This document shows positions 36,458 to 45,533 of a stretch of 64,000 nt of DNA, piece by piece. Origin of the DNA: a virus. The stretch is taken from UHGV virus genome UHGV-1430915; one strand, 5' to 3'. Below the pieces are notes generated by a model. That model was not told the origin of the DNA. It ran no database searches and was given only the letters and a program-made list of their open reading frames with translations. Both the position numbers and the translations under genes were made by a program. Position 1 is the first letter of the stretch, and every line of letters starts with the position of its first letter.

Positions 36458-36574
36458 ATGTCTACAGGTATTTATAAAATTTGCAAGTGCGGTTGTCATT
36501 GCAATCTTCGTTGGTGTAAGGCACTGGACGATTTTATTTGGCATTGTCCTAAATGCGATGCGGAGTACTTATGA
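36458..36574 (+). CDS. small Cys-rich protein (38 aa), translationally coupled to nrdG
   Basis: not in ORF track; ATG after AGGAGG; CKCGCHC...CPKC; stop overlaps nrdG ATG as ATGA. Confidence 0.45.
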   Translation: MSTGIYKICKCGCHCNLRWCKALDDFIWHCPKCDAEYL

Positions 36575-37044
36575 ATATTGTCGGATACACAGAAATATCC
36601 TACACCGAAGGGCCGGGTCTCAGGACGGCCTTGTGGGTATCTGGGTGCCCACACGCTTGTCCTGGTTGCTTTAATCAAGCATTTTGGTCAAAAGATAAGG
36701 GAAGAGAATTCACCGAAGAAGATTTGCAGAGAATTTTGTCAGATTTAGACAATGAATCTATATGCGGTATTTCTTTGCTTGGTGGAGAACCTTTGGCTAC
36801 GTATAATGAGCCCGGTATTATTAAACTTATGAGGAGAATTAAGGAAAAGTTTGGTGACAAGAAAACTATTCTTGTGTATACTGGGTTCACATTTGAGCAT
36901 ATCTCTAGTGATGTTCTTGAGCTGGCTGATATCATCATTGATGGCAAGTATGTAAAAGATTTACCAACAAAGAAACCATTCCGAGGCAGCGATAACCAAA
37001 GAATGTTTAAAAAGGTAGCAGGCGGTTGGGTTCAGGTTGACTAG
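36571..37044 (+). CDS. nrdG: anaerobic RNR activating protein (radical SAM)
   Basis: CPHACPGC (Cx3Cx2C) radical-SAM cluster motif; start set at ATG 36571. Confidence 0.85.
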   Translation: MNIVGYTEISYTEGPGLRTALWVSGCPHACPGCFNQAFWSKDKGREFTEEDLQRILSDLDNESICGISLLGGEPLATYNEPGIIKLMRRIKEKFGDKKTILVYTGFTFEHISSDVLELADIIIDGKYVKDLPTKKPFRGSDNQRMFKKVAGGWVQVD

Positions 37045-37047
37045 TCG

Positions 37048-37077
37048 TTGACAAAGCTTTGGTAAGTTGGTTATAAT
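37048..37077 (+). promoter_or_regulatory. sigma70-like promoter
   Basis: TTGACA-18 nt-TATAAT. Confidence 0.65.
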
Positions 37078-37106
37078 TATCGTAATGAAAGCAGAGGAGG
37101 TGCCAA

Positions 37107-37220
37107 ATGGCTAAAAAAGCCTTGAAGAAGGCGTACAAGAAAGAGATTGCGCTTGAGCTTAAGAAAAAACACAAGCGTGAAAAGAAATGTCATGAAGATG
37201 AAGAGGGGGTGCAACAGTGA
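37107..37220 (+). CDS. small Lys-rich basic protein (37 aa)
   Basis: not in ORF track; ATG after GGAGG, downstream of promoter. Confidence 0.4.
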   Translation: MAKKALKKAYKKEIALELKKKHKREKKCHEDEEGVQQ

Positions 37221-37567
37221 CACAAGAGCGTATTGATTTAGCCAGTAAGTTTGTAGATCTCATTTTGCCACGGTTGGTTACTCAACATGCAGACGCTATT
37301 TCTACCAATCTTGATGGCTTACGCCTAATGCTGAACCGAACAGATGATCCACGTATTCGGGCCGATTTAGAGGCCTCTGCCAACAAACTGGAAAAGTTCT
37401 TGCAAGTAGATACGCAAGAAGCCTTGCACAAGATTATGGTGGAAGGTTTCTCTAAAGAATTCACCGTTAAAGAGCTTAAGGAGCTGATCCGCCAAGAAGA
37501 GATGAATATCCGAGTTCAGGCTGTTGCAAGCAGCATGGAAGCGGCTATTGAAAAACTGTTGCAGTAG
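37217..37567 (+). CDS. hypothetical protein
   Basis: 116-aa ORF, GTG start overlapping preceding stop. Confidence 0.5.
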   Translation: MTQERIDLASKFVDLILPRLVTQHADAISTNLDGLRLMLNRTDDPRIRADLEASANKLEKFLQVDTQEALHKIMVEGFSKEFTVKELKELIRQEEMNIRVQAVASSMEAAIEKLLQ

Positions 37568-37605
37568 AAGTTCTTGACACATCTCAATCTGAAAGGAGTC
37601 CCAAC

Positions 37606-38394
37606 ATGGGTCGAGCTAAAGAAACAAAACGCATGCGTGATGAAGCCAAAGAGGCTCGCAAATCTGATCGTCTGCGTAAGGCTGCTGAGAAATTTGCTGA
37701 CGAACGAGAGCACACAGCTCCAGCTCTCAGACCAATGAACAAAAAGCAGCAAAAGTATCTTGATTATCTAGGATCGCGTAAGATTATTATTGTAAACGGT
37801 GTGTTTGGATCCGGTAAGACATTCATGGCATCCGCATATGCAGGTGATCTTTTGCGTAAGAACGAGATTGATAAGATCATTGTTGCACGCCCTTACGTTC
37901 AGACAGGAAAGACTTCAGGGTTTAAACCTGGAAACGCAATGCAGAAACTGTGGCCCTATCTCCGAAGCATGATGGACACGATTTGTCGTCGTGTTGGCAA
38001 AGGTGCTTTTGCCGCAATGCTGGGGGATGGTCAGAACAGTCGTATCGAGATCTGTGAAGTTGAAAGCATTCGTGGTCGTAGTTTCGATGAGCGGTGCTTT
38101 GTCCTAATTGACGAGGCACAGCAAACTAACCCTGAAGAAATGTTATCAATTATCACAAGGATCTCTGATCAGGCCACACTTGTAATCATGGGTGATAATA
38201 GCCAACGTGACATCCCTGGTAAGTCTGGGCTTGCATGGGTAACGGATTTCTTTACTCGTCATCCAGATCCTGAGGTTGGGATGATTAGCTTTGATAGTCC
38301 AGACGATGTCGTTCGTTCTGGGTTGGGTCGTCAGATCGCACTCAATCTTATTGAGGATCGTGCAAATCATATTTGGACCCCTGTTTCCGAGTAA
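37606..38394 (+). CDS. phoH: PhoH-like ATPase
   Basis: Walker A GVFGSGKTFMA, Walker B-like FVLIDEAQ; 262 aa. Confidence 0.8.
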   Translation: MGRAKETKRMRDEAKEARKSDRLRKAAEKFADEREHTAPALRPMNKKQQKYLDYLGSRKIIIVNGVFGSGKTFMASAYAGDLLRKNEIDKIIVARPYVQTGKTSGFKPGNAMQKLWPYLRSMMDTICRRVGKGAFAAMLGDGQNSRIEICEVESIRGRSFDERCFVLIDEAQQTNPEEMLSIITRISDQATLVIMGDNSQRDIPGKSGLAWVTDFFTRHPDPEVGMISFDSPDDVVRSGLGRQIALNLIEDRANHIWTPVSE

Positions 38395-38438
38395 TACAGA
38401 AGGGTGGTTATTCCACCCTTAAATATCTAAAACAGTTG

Positions 38439-38467
38439 TTGACAAATAGGTAAGCTTTAGATATTAT
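38439..38467 (+). promoter_or_regulatory. sigma70-like promoter
   Basis: TTGACA-17 nt-TATTAT. Confidence 0.65.
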
Positions 38468-38495
38468 TATCGGACAAAACAGAGAGAAGGACAGT

Positions 38496-38807
38496 ATGGC
38501 TACAATACAAGAGAAACTGAATAAAATATACTGCCTGTTTGTCTATAACGGCGAGACAATTTTGGCAAATAAGGGATCCAAGAATGTGTGGACCAAGGCC
38601 AGCGGTGGTAATATAATTAACTTAGCGTTGCTACGTGAGCGCCGACACAGATTCTTTATCGAGTCTCGAATTATTGAAAGCAGCACTTGCTACAGAACAG
38701 GCGATAAAGTAATTGTTGACAATGATACGTGGTATGTGGTAGACTGGCAATCATTGAGCTGTGATGCTTCTGACAATCGTAAGTATTCCATAGTGATTGC
38801 TAAATAA
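38496..38807 (+). CDS. hypothetical protein
   Basis: 103-aa ORF downstream of promoter. Confidence 0.5.
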   Translation: MATIQEKLNKIYCLFVYNGETILANKGSKNVWTKASGGNIINLALLRERRHRFFIESRIIESSTCYRTGDKVIVDNDTWYVVDWQSLSCDASDNRKYSIVIAK

Positions 38808-38867
38808 AGGTAAATGTGAATCAGGTTTAAATAAATAGCTTTCAACTTCCAATATTAAGGATTTCTC

Positions 38868-39917
38868 ATGAATTTAACACCTCGCAGAACCATGGTACAC
38901 GGCATGAAAGAAAAACAGAACGGTTTCGAACCTATGAGTAATAAAATGTTTGGTATGCCGGGCGGTATCATGGAAACATACAGCTACCCAACACCTGTTG
39001 TTGACCACGTTCTTTATATCGACGATTTGGAAGACTTACAAGACCATATGTCTCGTCTGCAGACGATCCGTATGGCTCAGCCGGAAGAAAGCATTCGGGT
39101 GATCATCAATAGCCCTGGGGGTTGCGTGCACATTGCAATGGCTTATCTGCAGGCATTCCGAGAGTCTCAGGCAAGCGTTGTCGTACACGCTGAAGGGATG
39201 TGCTGCTCAGCAGGAACAATCTTATGGCTGGGTTGCAAAGAACGCACTGTGGCTCCGGACACAGAATTTATGTTCCACTACTATCAAGGTGGCACTTATG
39301 GTAACGGTGTGAACATGAATACTCAGGTCAGCTACTGGAAAAAACGTTTTGAACGCCTGATTGAAAAATACTACGGTGGGGTGCTGACAGAAGATGAGAT
39401 CGCATCCATCACAGCTGGCGGTGAAGTGTGGTTGGATGGAGAAGAGCTGGCATCTAGAACTGGTGCTATCATCTTGGACGATGAAAACATTCAGCGCATT
39501 CAGAATGGACAGAAACCGAAAAAGCTTTTGGCAAAAAGAGATGAAGAAGGTGTGTTAGGTGAGGCAGGCCTTCCAGAGATTCACCAATGCACATCTTTGG
39601 ACGAGCTGGTTCATGCTGTTGAGTCTGCAAAAGAAAATGGTATGAAAGGTGATGTTCACACTGTGTTCCTGAATCTACAGATGGAGAGTGGTGAGACCGT
39701 TAAGATTGCACTAGGTGAGATTACCTCGGAAGATCTGCAGCGATTCTCTGTGGTAGAGCTTCAGGACATTTTGTCCCAATTGAAAACTACCCTGAACGGA
39801 GGTGAAGAAGTTCAGGTGAAAGATAAGACTCGCAAGCGTCTGGTGGACAATATTATTAAAACAGCAAAAGAGCTTAATGAAAAAATCCTGGGCGCAGGAA
39901 TTGTCGAAGAAGCTTAA
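38868..39917 (+). CDS. ClpP-like serine protease with ~150-aa acidic C-terminal extension (possible prohead protease)
   Basis: IINSPGG, Ser in MCCSAG, His in EFMFHYYQGG match ClpP catalytic core. Confidence 0.7.
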   Translation: MNLTPRRTMVHGMKEKQNGFEPMSNKMFGMPGGIMETYSYPTPVVDHVLYIDDLEDLQDHMSRLQTIRMAQPEESIRVIINSPGGCVHIAMAYLQAFRESQASVVVHAEGMCCSAGTILWLGCKERTVAPDTEFMFHYYQGGTYGNGVNMNTQVSYWKKRFERLIEKYYGGVLTEDEIASITAGGEVWLDGEELASRTGAIILDDENIQRIQNGQKPKKLLAKRDEEGVLGEAGLPEIHQCTSLDELVHAVESAKENGMKGDVHTVFLNLQMESGETVKIALGEITSEDLQRFSVVELQDILSQLKTTLNGGEEVQVKDKTRKRLVDNIIKTAKELNEKILGAGIVEEA

Positions 39918-39930
39918 ACATTAATTCTAA

Positions 39931-39954
39931 AGCCCTCTTCGGAGGGCTTTTATG
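39931..39954 (+). terminator. intrinsic terminator
   Basis: AGCCCTC-ttcg-GAGGGCT followed by TTTATG. Confidence 0.5.
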
Positions 39955-39968
39955 ATCTGGAGATTTGC

Positions 39969-40502
39969 ATGACTTGTGCTAGAAAACCTGACGAACAACG
40001 TAACGCCTATGATGAATATGTGACACCAGAGTGGTGTGCAGAAGGGTTGTATGACCTCATTCCGTTCCCAGAAGATTGGACCTATTTGGAGCCTTGCAGG
40101 AATAGCGCCTCAGGTGTGTTCTACTCCCGTATGCCGTTAGGATCTGCATGGGGAGAAATCCAAGAAGGTGTTGACTATCTGAATACAGAATACAACCATG
40201 TTGACTGTATTATCACCAACCCGCCGTACAGCCTGGCTCGTGAGTTTGTGGACAAGGCGTTGAAAGATGCCGACGTAGTTATTATGCTTTTGCGTCTTAA
40301 TTTTCTGGAAAGCAAGGCCAGATTTGAATGGTGGCTTGATAATGCCCCTACCACTGTGATCACAATATCTAAGCGTCCATCATTCCAATCGAATGGCAGA
40401 ACTGACGGGCAAGCATATGCATATTTTGTGTGGGACAAGAAGAACCGTTTAGACCTACCGCCATTTATGTGGTTGGCACCTCCGGAGGCAGACTTGAAAT
40501 GA
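39969..40502 (+). CDS. DNA N6-adenine methyltransferase (small phage Dam-like)
   Basis: catalytic motif DCIITNPPYS; 177 aa. Confidence 0.7.
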   Translation: MTCARKPDEQRNAYDEYVTPEWCAEGLYDLIPFPEDWTYLEPCRNSASGVFYSRMPLGSAWGEIQEGVDYLNTEYNHVDCIITNPPYSLAREFVDKALKDADVVIMLLRLNFLESKARFEWWLDNAPTTVITISKRPSFQSNGRTDGQAYAYFVWDKKNRLDLPPFMWLAPPEADLK

Positions 40503-40783
40503 AAATGAGTGCTAAGGACAAGTTGCACCAGTTAGCGCTAAAACGTCCTGTAACTCTCCCTGACGAGCTTAACTCCATTTATGATGCGATTGTAGGGGAG
40601 ATACAAAATAAGGCGTTAGCAGGCTTTCTGGGATGCGGATTTTCGATAAATCTTCCATCACACCTCTCAGACTACTTACCACACATCGTTGGGGATTTGA
40701 GGGCAGGAGGTCTGCAGGTGGATGTTGTTGGCATCTCCCCGGAGAAAAATAACACAGTTGCCTACTTGACAGTGACCTGGTAG
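40499..40783 (+). CDS. hypothetical protein
   Basis: start at ATG 40499 overlapping methyltransferase stop (ATGA), after GGAGG. Confidence 0.5.
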   Translation: MKMSAKDKLHQLALKRPVTLPDELNSIYDAIVGEIQNKALAGFLGCGFSINLPSHLSDYLPHIVGDLRAGGLQVDVVGISPEKNNTVAYLTVTW

Positions 40784-40818
40784 TAGTGTATTTTGTTTTC
40801 AACAAGAGGGGGTCATCT

Positions 40819-41058
40819 ATGTATAAGTCATTTTCAATCTACTCAAGACAGACAAAACACTACACAGAGATTCTGATCACTCAGAAAAAATCTGTGGAAG
40901 GTGAGTGGGAATATCATCATAAAATGTTGCGTCCAGACTGGGTTTTTGATAGGCTTATTGCTATGATCCCTCTTGGAGAAGTATACCCTCTGACAGGTCA
41001 TAGGGATGCTTGGGATTTAATTGACTATATAGATTCATTTAAGGAGCCTAGATTATGA
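40819..41058 (+). CDS. hypothetical protein
   Basis: start at ATG 40819 after AGAGGGGG. Confidence 0.5.
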   Translation: MYKSFSIYSRQTKHYTEILITQKKSVEGEWEYHHKMLRPDWVFDRLIAMIPLGEVYPLTGHRDAWDLIDYIDSFKEPRL

Positions 41059-41453
41059 AGATTGAGATTACTGAAGAAGGTAAGAAAGTCTCTGGTAACT
41101 ATGCAACAGTTATCCGTGATGTAATGTTCGAAGTCACTAAGATTGGCACATCCAAGGTTGGTCAAACGGTGAGTGTGCAAGGTAATATCACCTCAGGAGA
41201 GAAGATATTCATCGTAATAAAAGGCCAGGACCCTGTAGAAGGGACAGTTGGACGTGGCGGATACCTGTGTATCTCTGAAGAGCCTCGCATGCTAGTTGCT
41301 GATAACTCTACAGGTAAAAAGCGGGTATGTAACACGGACGAGGTGATGATTATCTATCCAGTCAACCCGGATGATCCGGCAACATGGATTGTGGGAAATG
41401 AAATCTTCTCTTTAGAAGAGTTATCCTTCCCAGCTCCGCGATCTGTTCAGTAA
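41055..41453 (+). CDS. hypothetical protein
   Basis: 132-aa ORF; MKIEIT start as in other members of the region. Confidence 0.5.
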   Translation: MKIEITEEGKKVSGNYATVIRDVMFEVTKIGTSKVGQTVSVQGNITSGEKIFIVIKGQDPVEGTVGRGGYLCISEEPRMLVADNSTGKKRVCNTDEVMIIYPVNPDDPATWIVGNEIFSLEELSFPAPRSVQ

Positions 41454-41492
41454 TAATTTATCTTACCAGGGACGGTAAAAGTAGGAGGTAGC

Positions 41493-41726
41493 ATGAAAGT
41501 TAAATTTCTTACAGATTTAGGGTACCCTTCCTTGGTTGACTGTGTTGGTAAAATTGTGGAAGCAAAACGGCTATCTGCAAACGATAATGTTGTCATGGTT
41601 AAGGGAAAAGATTTACTAGCTGCAGGTGCAGAGTCTGGCAGGATCTCTCCTGACTATACGTATTACCTGTCTTTAAGTAATCTACCAGAACGAGGCGGCA
41701 AAGGCCTTGAAGTTGTGGAGGAGTGA
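41493..41726 (+). CDS. small acidic protein, family A (KGxDLxAAGA subgroup)
   Basis: MKVKFL...KGKDLLAAGAESG...LEVVEE; paralog of 45053, 45267, 47136. Confidence 0.55.
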   Translation: MKVKFLTDLGYPSLVDCVGKIVEAKRLSANDNVVMVKGKDLLAAGAESGRISPDYTYYLSLSNLPERGGKGLEVVEE

Positions 41727-42268
41727 CAGGTATGCTTCTGATTAACTGGGAAGACCTCTATGGGGACAAAGACCCTGTTGCGTTTGTTGATCGTAGGTGG
41801 AGGTACACTGAAGAACAACTGGCTGCAAAAAATTTAACTGCAAAACGCAGAAAGATCATCCAGTGCAAGTACAAATACGCACAGTTTGCTGCAAAAGTGT
41901 CTCCACAAATCGAGAGTTTTGTACTTAAATTGTATGACGAGTACCTCAAATTCAAATTGGATTTTGTACAGGTATACCGTGCACAGGTACGTCCAGATAC
42001 CAACATCTGTAGATGGAAGGTTGTTTGTGATGGTAAAGATTTGCCGCTCAGTTTGACAATTGAGTGGCGTTGGGGGTATCATGAGTGCGGTTTGTATGAT
42101 ATTTGGGATGTCATTGTAGATCCTGCTAAGTACCTGAACACAGAGGAGCTGGAATATATCAATAAGGTTATTCTAGATATGTTTTTCAGCTACACCCATG
42201 AAAACTCTGAGAAAGAACGGGATAATTTTCTTGACACCCTCGGCAACCACCTGCAGTGTACAATTTAA
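41723..42268 (+). CDS. hypothetical protein
   Basis: 181-aa ORF. Confidence 0.5.
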   Translation: MTGMLLINWEDLYGDKDPVAFVDRRWRYTEEQLAAKNLTAKRRKIIQCKYKYAQFAAKVSPQIESFVLKLYDEYLKFKLDFVQVYRAQVRPDTNICRWKVVCDGKDLPLSLTIEWRWGYHECGLYDIWDVIVDPAKYLNTEELEYINKVILDMFFSYTHENSEKERDNFLDTLGNHLQCTI

Positions 42269-42286
42269 CCTACAAAGGAGGAGCCA

Positions 42287-42523
42287 ATGAGTATAGATGC
42301 TGTGCTGATAGGTTACCTGGTAGTAGCTGTTATAACAGCAGTAATCTTGGCAGGTATATGCATCGTGTCTACCCGAAGGGTGAAGTTTGATGATTTTATC
42401 ACCATCATCACTGCTGCGCCCTTTTGGCCTGTTGTTATCTTCATCGTAATAATGTGCCTAGTTGATTACCACAAGAATATCCGTAAGGAGAAAAAGGAGA
42501 GTAGGGATGGATACCGCACCTAA
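42287..42523 (+). CDS. small membrane protein with two predicted TM helices
   Basis: 78 aa, two hydrophobic segments, charged C-terminus. Confidence 0.5.
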   Translation: MSIDAVLIGYLVVAVITAVILAGICIVSTRRVKFDDFITIITAAPFWPVVIFIVIMCLVDYHKNIRKEKKESRDGYRT

Positions 42524-42742
42524 AACTGTTTATACTGTTCTTAAAGAGATTGCATTCTACGCAGATCTTAGCCGGGCACCTTTATGGGAAAAGAATATGT
42601 ATTTAAAATGGTGCGTGAAATTAGGGGGGCCTTCTAATGTTTCAAGCCATGTTTATTGAAATGCTCTCTGGGGTATTACTGCTGGTAGCCATTTTAGGTG
42701 GCGCGGCGCTGATGTATAATTATCTTGAAAAAGGGGACAGTA

Positions 42743-42928
42743 ATGACAAAAAATAAATCCTTAGAACAGGCTGAAAACCTTCTCCACGAGCTGGTAAAGG
42801 AGTGGAAAGTTGAATACTCAGATTTTAATGCAAGAGAGGGGGAAGATTATTGGCCTACGGAGCGCTCAGAGGGAGAGTGGTATCAAGATTTCATAGAATG
42901 GCTATATCAGACGTGCGATGAGGGGTGA
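42743..42928 (+). CDS. hypothetical protein
   Basis: start at ATG 42743 after AAGGGG. Confidence 0.45.
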   Translation: MTKNKSLEQAENLLHELVKEWKVEYSDFNAREGEDYWPTERSEGEWYQDFIEWLYQTCDEG

Positions 42929-42930
42929 CG

Positions 42931-43386
42931 ATGTTTGTTAAATATGTAAAAACGTGCCTCAACAACCTTGGTAGAGAGCATTGGTACACACTGCTTGAAA
43001 AAGGAGAAATTTTAACAAAATCTGGAAAGATAACTTTGATACCTTTGGACGATAAAGACCCGTCACTACTTGTCATAGATGATTACGTTACAGGTGTGTC
43101 GTACGAGGTATCTGTGGAGAGGTTAATACGCAGATCTGGAGGTCCTTATGACCGAAGAGAGTATGTTTTCGATTCCGTTACAGAGAAGGAAGATCCGTCT
43201 CTAATGTTTAGGATGGTAATCAGGGATATGAAATCATCTATAAATAGGATCGTAAAGGACATTAAGGAGCCTTTTAGGGTAAAAGTTAAGAAGTTTTTTG
43301 ATTCTAAGATCAACATACTTGCAGTTGTGCTAGGCGTAATTCAACTTCTGTTAATTTTGCACTATTTTGAACTGTTGTTTAAGTAA
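42931..43386 (+). CDS. hypothetical protein with C-terminal TM segment
   Basis: ATG 42931; C-terminal ILAVVLGVIQLLLILHYF. Confidence 0.5.
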   Translation: MFVKYVKTCLNNLGREHWYTLLEKGEILTKSGKITLIPLDDKDPSLLVIDDYVTGVSYEVSVERLIRRSGGPYDRREYVFDSVTEKEDPSLMFRMVIRDMKSSINRIVKDIKEPFRVKVKKFFDSKINILAVVLGVIQLLLILHYFELLFK

Positions 43387-43446
43387 TGTGCATTATGGCA
43401 CAAAGGATGTGCCATAACTAAATAAACTAAGAAAGAGGTAGAGAGA

Positions 43447-43794
43447 ATGTCAAAGATTAAATCGATATTAATGTGGGTGGCTGTTGTAGCTTTTGTAGGA
43501 TACTGGACTTGGGAAACTGAATTAAAAGATATTGGGTATACCAGTCTTGAGAGTAAGGCGTGCATTGGCATAACCGATGCATTCAGGCAGAATGCTATGG
43601 ATCACGAATGTGTCGATGCAGATATAGATGAGAAACTGTCTAAGGACAAAGATTTTTACCATGGTCATGCCTTGCTTGATAGTGGTGATACTGTAGAATT
43701 CTGGTCGTGGTTCCGTGAAGATGGGACAATAAAGACAGCAGTAAAGATTTCCAACAAAGAGTTGATGCTGTTGCAGCAGAAGGAGGTGCAATGA
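43447..43794 (+). CDS. hypothetical exported or membrane-anchored protein
   Basis: N-terminal hydrophobic LMWVAVVAFVGYWTW. Confidence 0.5.
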   Translation: MSKIKSILMWVAVVAFVGYWTWETELKDIGYTSLESKACIGITDAFRQNAMDHECVDADIDEKLSKDKDFYHGHALLDSGDTVEFWSWFREDGTIKTAVKISNKELMLLQQKEVQ

Positions 43795-44078
43795 TCTGGA
43801 TATCCTACGCTGATGGCACTATGCTGTATACTGCAGGTACTAGATATGAAGTTAAGGAGGACGATAAAAAATTTATCGTAAAAACATTTGACAAGGACGA
43901 CAACCTTTTGCTAGAATTGACTTACAAGGTTGGGGATGTATCTAGCATCCAATTGGATTGCGGTCATAAAGATAACCCGCTCAAGAAACCTGGGGTAGGT
44001 AAAGCTTCAGAAGAACGCCTGTCTCGTATTGCAGAAAGCGTTTCTGCACAAAAATCTAAAAAGGGGACTAGAAAATGA
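43791..44078 (+). CDS. hypothetical protein
   Basis: 95-aa ORF overlapping previous stop. Confidence 0.5.
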   Translation: MIWISYADGTMLYTAGTRYEVKEDDKKFIVKTFDKDDNLLLELTYKVGDVSSIQLDCGHKDNPLKKPGVGKASEERLSRIAESVSAQKSKKGTRK

Positions 44079-44269
44079 AAAACTTACATTTTAACACTTA
44101 TTACTACAACACTTTGAATGATTTGTATTATATTGTTCGAAGTAAAAATCCTGAAACAGTCCTATTCTGCCGCGAACCTTTCAAAGGAGAGGAAGTGGAG
44201 TCTGAGATGAATGTTAGCCAGATTACCTCTTTGTTGCTCTCAGGTGCAATGGAAGAAGCAATATTCTAA
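44075..44269 (+). CDS. hypothetical protein
   Basis: 64-aa ORF. Confidence 0.45.
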   Translation: MKNLHFNTYYYNTLNDLYYIVRSKNPETVLFCREPFKGEEVESEMNVSQITSLLLSGAMEEAIF

Positions 44270-44287
44270 ACCAGGCGGGAGGGTTTT

Positions 44288-44476
44288 ATGAAGCACTATT
44301 GTCTGTCTGGTAGGATGGGGGTGGATTGTGATTGGGTTTTCTTAAAACTTGTCAGCGTTCGAGAGTCCATCCCAGAGGAAGAGCAAGAAAGCGAGCTGAT
44401 GTCATGGATCAACCATTACGGTAACACTTTTCGGCATGTTAAGGTAGAAGAGTTGCCAAGCGAGGCTGAATTATGA
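44288..44476 (+). CDS. hypothetical protein
   Basis: 62-aa ORF. Confidence 0.45.
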   Translation: MKHYCLSGRMGVDCDWVFLKLVSVRESIPEEEQESELMSWINHYGNTFRHVKVEELPSEAEL

Positions 44477-44769
44477 AACTTTTTGAGTGGTTTAAAAAGT
44501 TTAAATATAAAGCTGTAGCCATCGTGCCGTGGTCCATTCAGTGGGTTGATGAAGGTGGTCTACCGATACCTGGTGACAAAGATACTGGGTACTGGATTAT
44601 GATGGAGAACGGGTTTGGAAAGCGAAAGTATACGTGCACAAACTCTACTCGATCTGCACTTAATAGAGTGCCTGGTTACAAACTTATGGTTGTGTGGAAA
44701 ATGTCAGGCGTGCCTCCAGCCAATGCTCAATTTCTTACTGACAATCCGACCACGGTAGAGGGAGATTGA
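44473..44769 (+). CDS. hypothetical protein
   Basis: 98-aa ORF. Confidence 0.5.
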   Translation: MKLFEWFKKFKYKAVAIVPWSIQWVDEGGLPIPGDKDTGYWIMMENGFGKRKYTCTNSTRSALNRVPGYKLMVVWKMSGVPPANAQFLTDNPTTVEGD

Positions 44770-44771
44770 TA

Positions 44772-45053
44772 ATGAAAAAGATTAACAGTAGTGAAGTAGA
44801 GTTTAAACTTGTCGGAAAAGGCACTTACTGGGAAGTTCGTCAAAAGGTATATTTGTTCGGTCTTATTCCCTACTGGTCTAAATTCTACTGGGGAGCTAAC
44901 GAGTTGGGAAGATACGCCACCAAATCAATGGCACTTATTGGTATAGCAGAGTACATTGCAGCCCGAGACAGGGTTGGAACCACTTATTACTACACTGCTG
45001 ACGATATTCGTAACAGTGTTTACGTCCCACAACCACCTGATGGAGACCGTTGA
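44772..45053 (+). CDS. hypothetical protein
   Basis: start at ATG 44772. Confidence 0.5.
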   Translation: MKKINSSEVEFKLVGKGTYWEVRQKVYLFGLIPYWSKFYWGANELGRYATKSMALIGIAEYIAARDRVGTTYYYTADDIRNSVYVPQPPDGDR

Positions 45054-45277
45054 TGAAAGTTAAAGTTTTAGATTCAAGCTTCTATATTGGTCAGGAGCCT
45101 TTAGTAGGAAAAGTGTTTACTGCTGTCCCTAACGAAGATTACCCTGACCTTTTAAAAATAAAAGGAGCAGATCTTATTGCCGCTGGTGCATCTCAGGAAT
45201 GCTTTGACAGTCAGTGGACCTATAACTTTGCCCTAGGTGAGGATGTAGAGGTAGTGGAGGACGATCATGAAGGTTAA
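45053..45277 (+). CDS. small acidic protein, family A
   Basis: MKVKVLDSSFY...KGADLIAAGASQE...VEVVEDDHEG; first gene of tandem triplet 1. Confidence 0.55.
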   Translation: MKVKVLDSSFYIGQEPLVGKVFTAVPNEDYPDLLKIKGADLIAAGASQECFDSQWTYNFALGEDVEVVEDDHEG

Positions 45278-45521
45278 AATTCTTGATTCTAACGTCTACT
45301 TGGGACAATCCTTCCTGAATGGAAAGGTCGTTCCTGCGGTATACTTTGAAGGGTTGCCGTGGGATGATCCTGTGCGGCAACATCACAGTTATGTAGGCCA
45401 CAACGTGGTGTTTATCTTGGGATCAGACCTGATCACCGCTGGTGCACCTGAATATTATTTCGGGGAAGAGTCCTACTATGCCTTTGGGGTAGGGTCAGAT
45501 GCAGATATTGTAGAGCTGTGA
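45267..45521 (+). CDS. small acidic protein, family A
   Basis: MKVKILDSNVY...GSDLITAGAPEY; second gene of triplet 1. Confidence 0.55.
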   Translation: MKVKILDSNVYLGQSFLNGKVVPAVYFEGLPWDDPVRQHHSYVGHNVVFILGSDLITAGAPEYYFGEESYYAFGVGSDADIVEL

Positions 45522-45533
45522 TGGGTAACCGTT

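Noticed and set aside
42287-42523. Calling the two-TM 78-aa protein the holin
   Set aside because: It is 22 kb from the endolysin and 33 kb from the spanins, and many phage early proteins are small membrane proteins. Mentioned only as a candidate.
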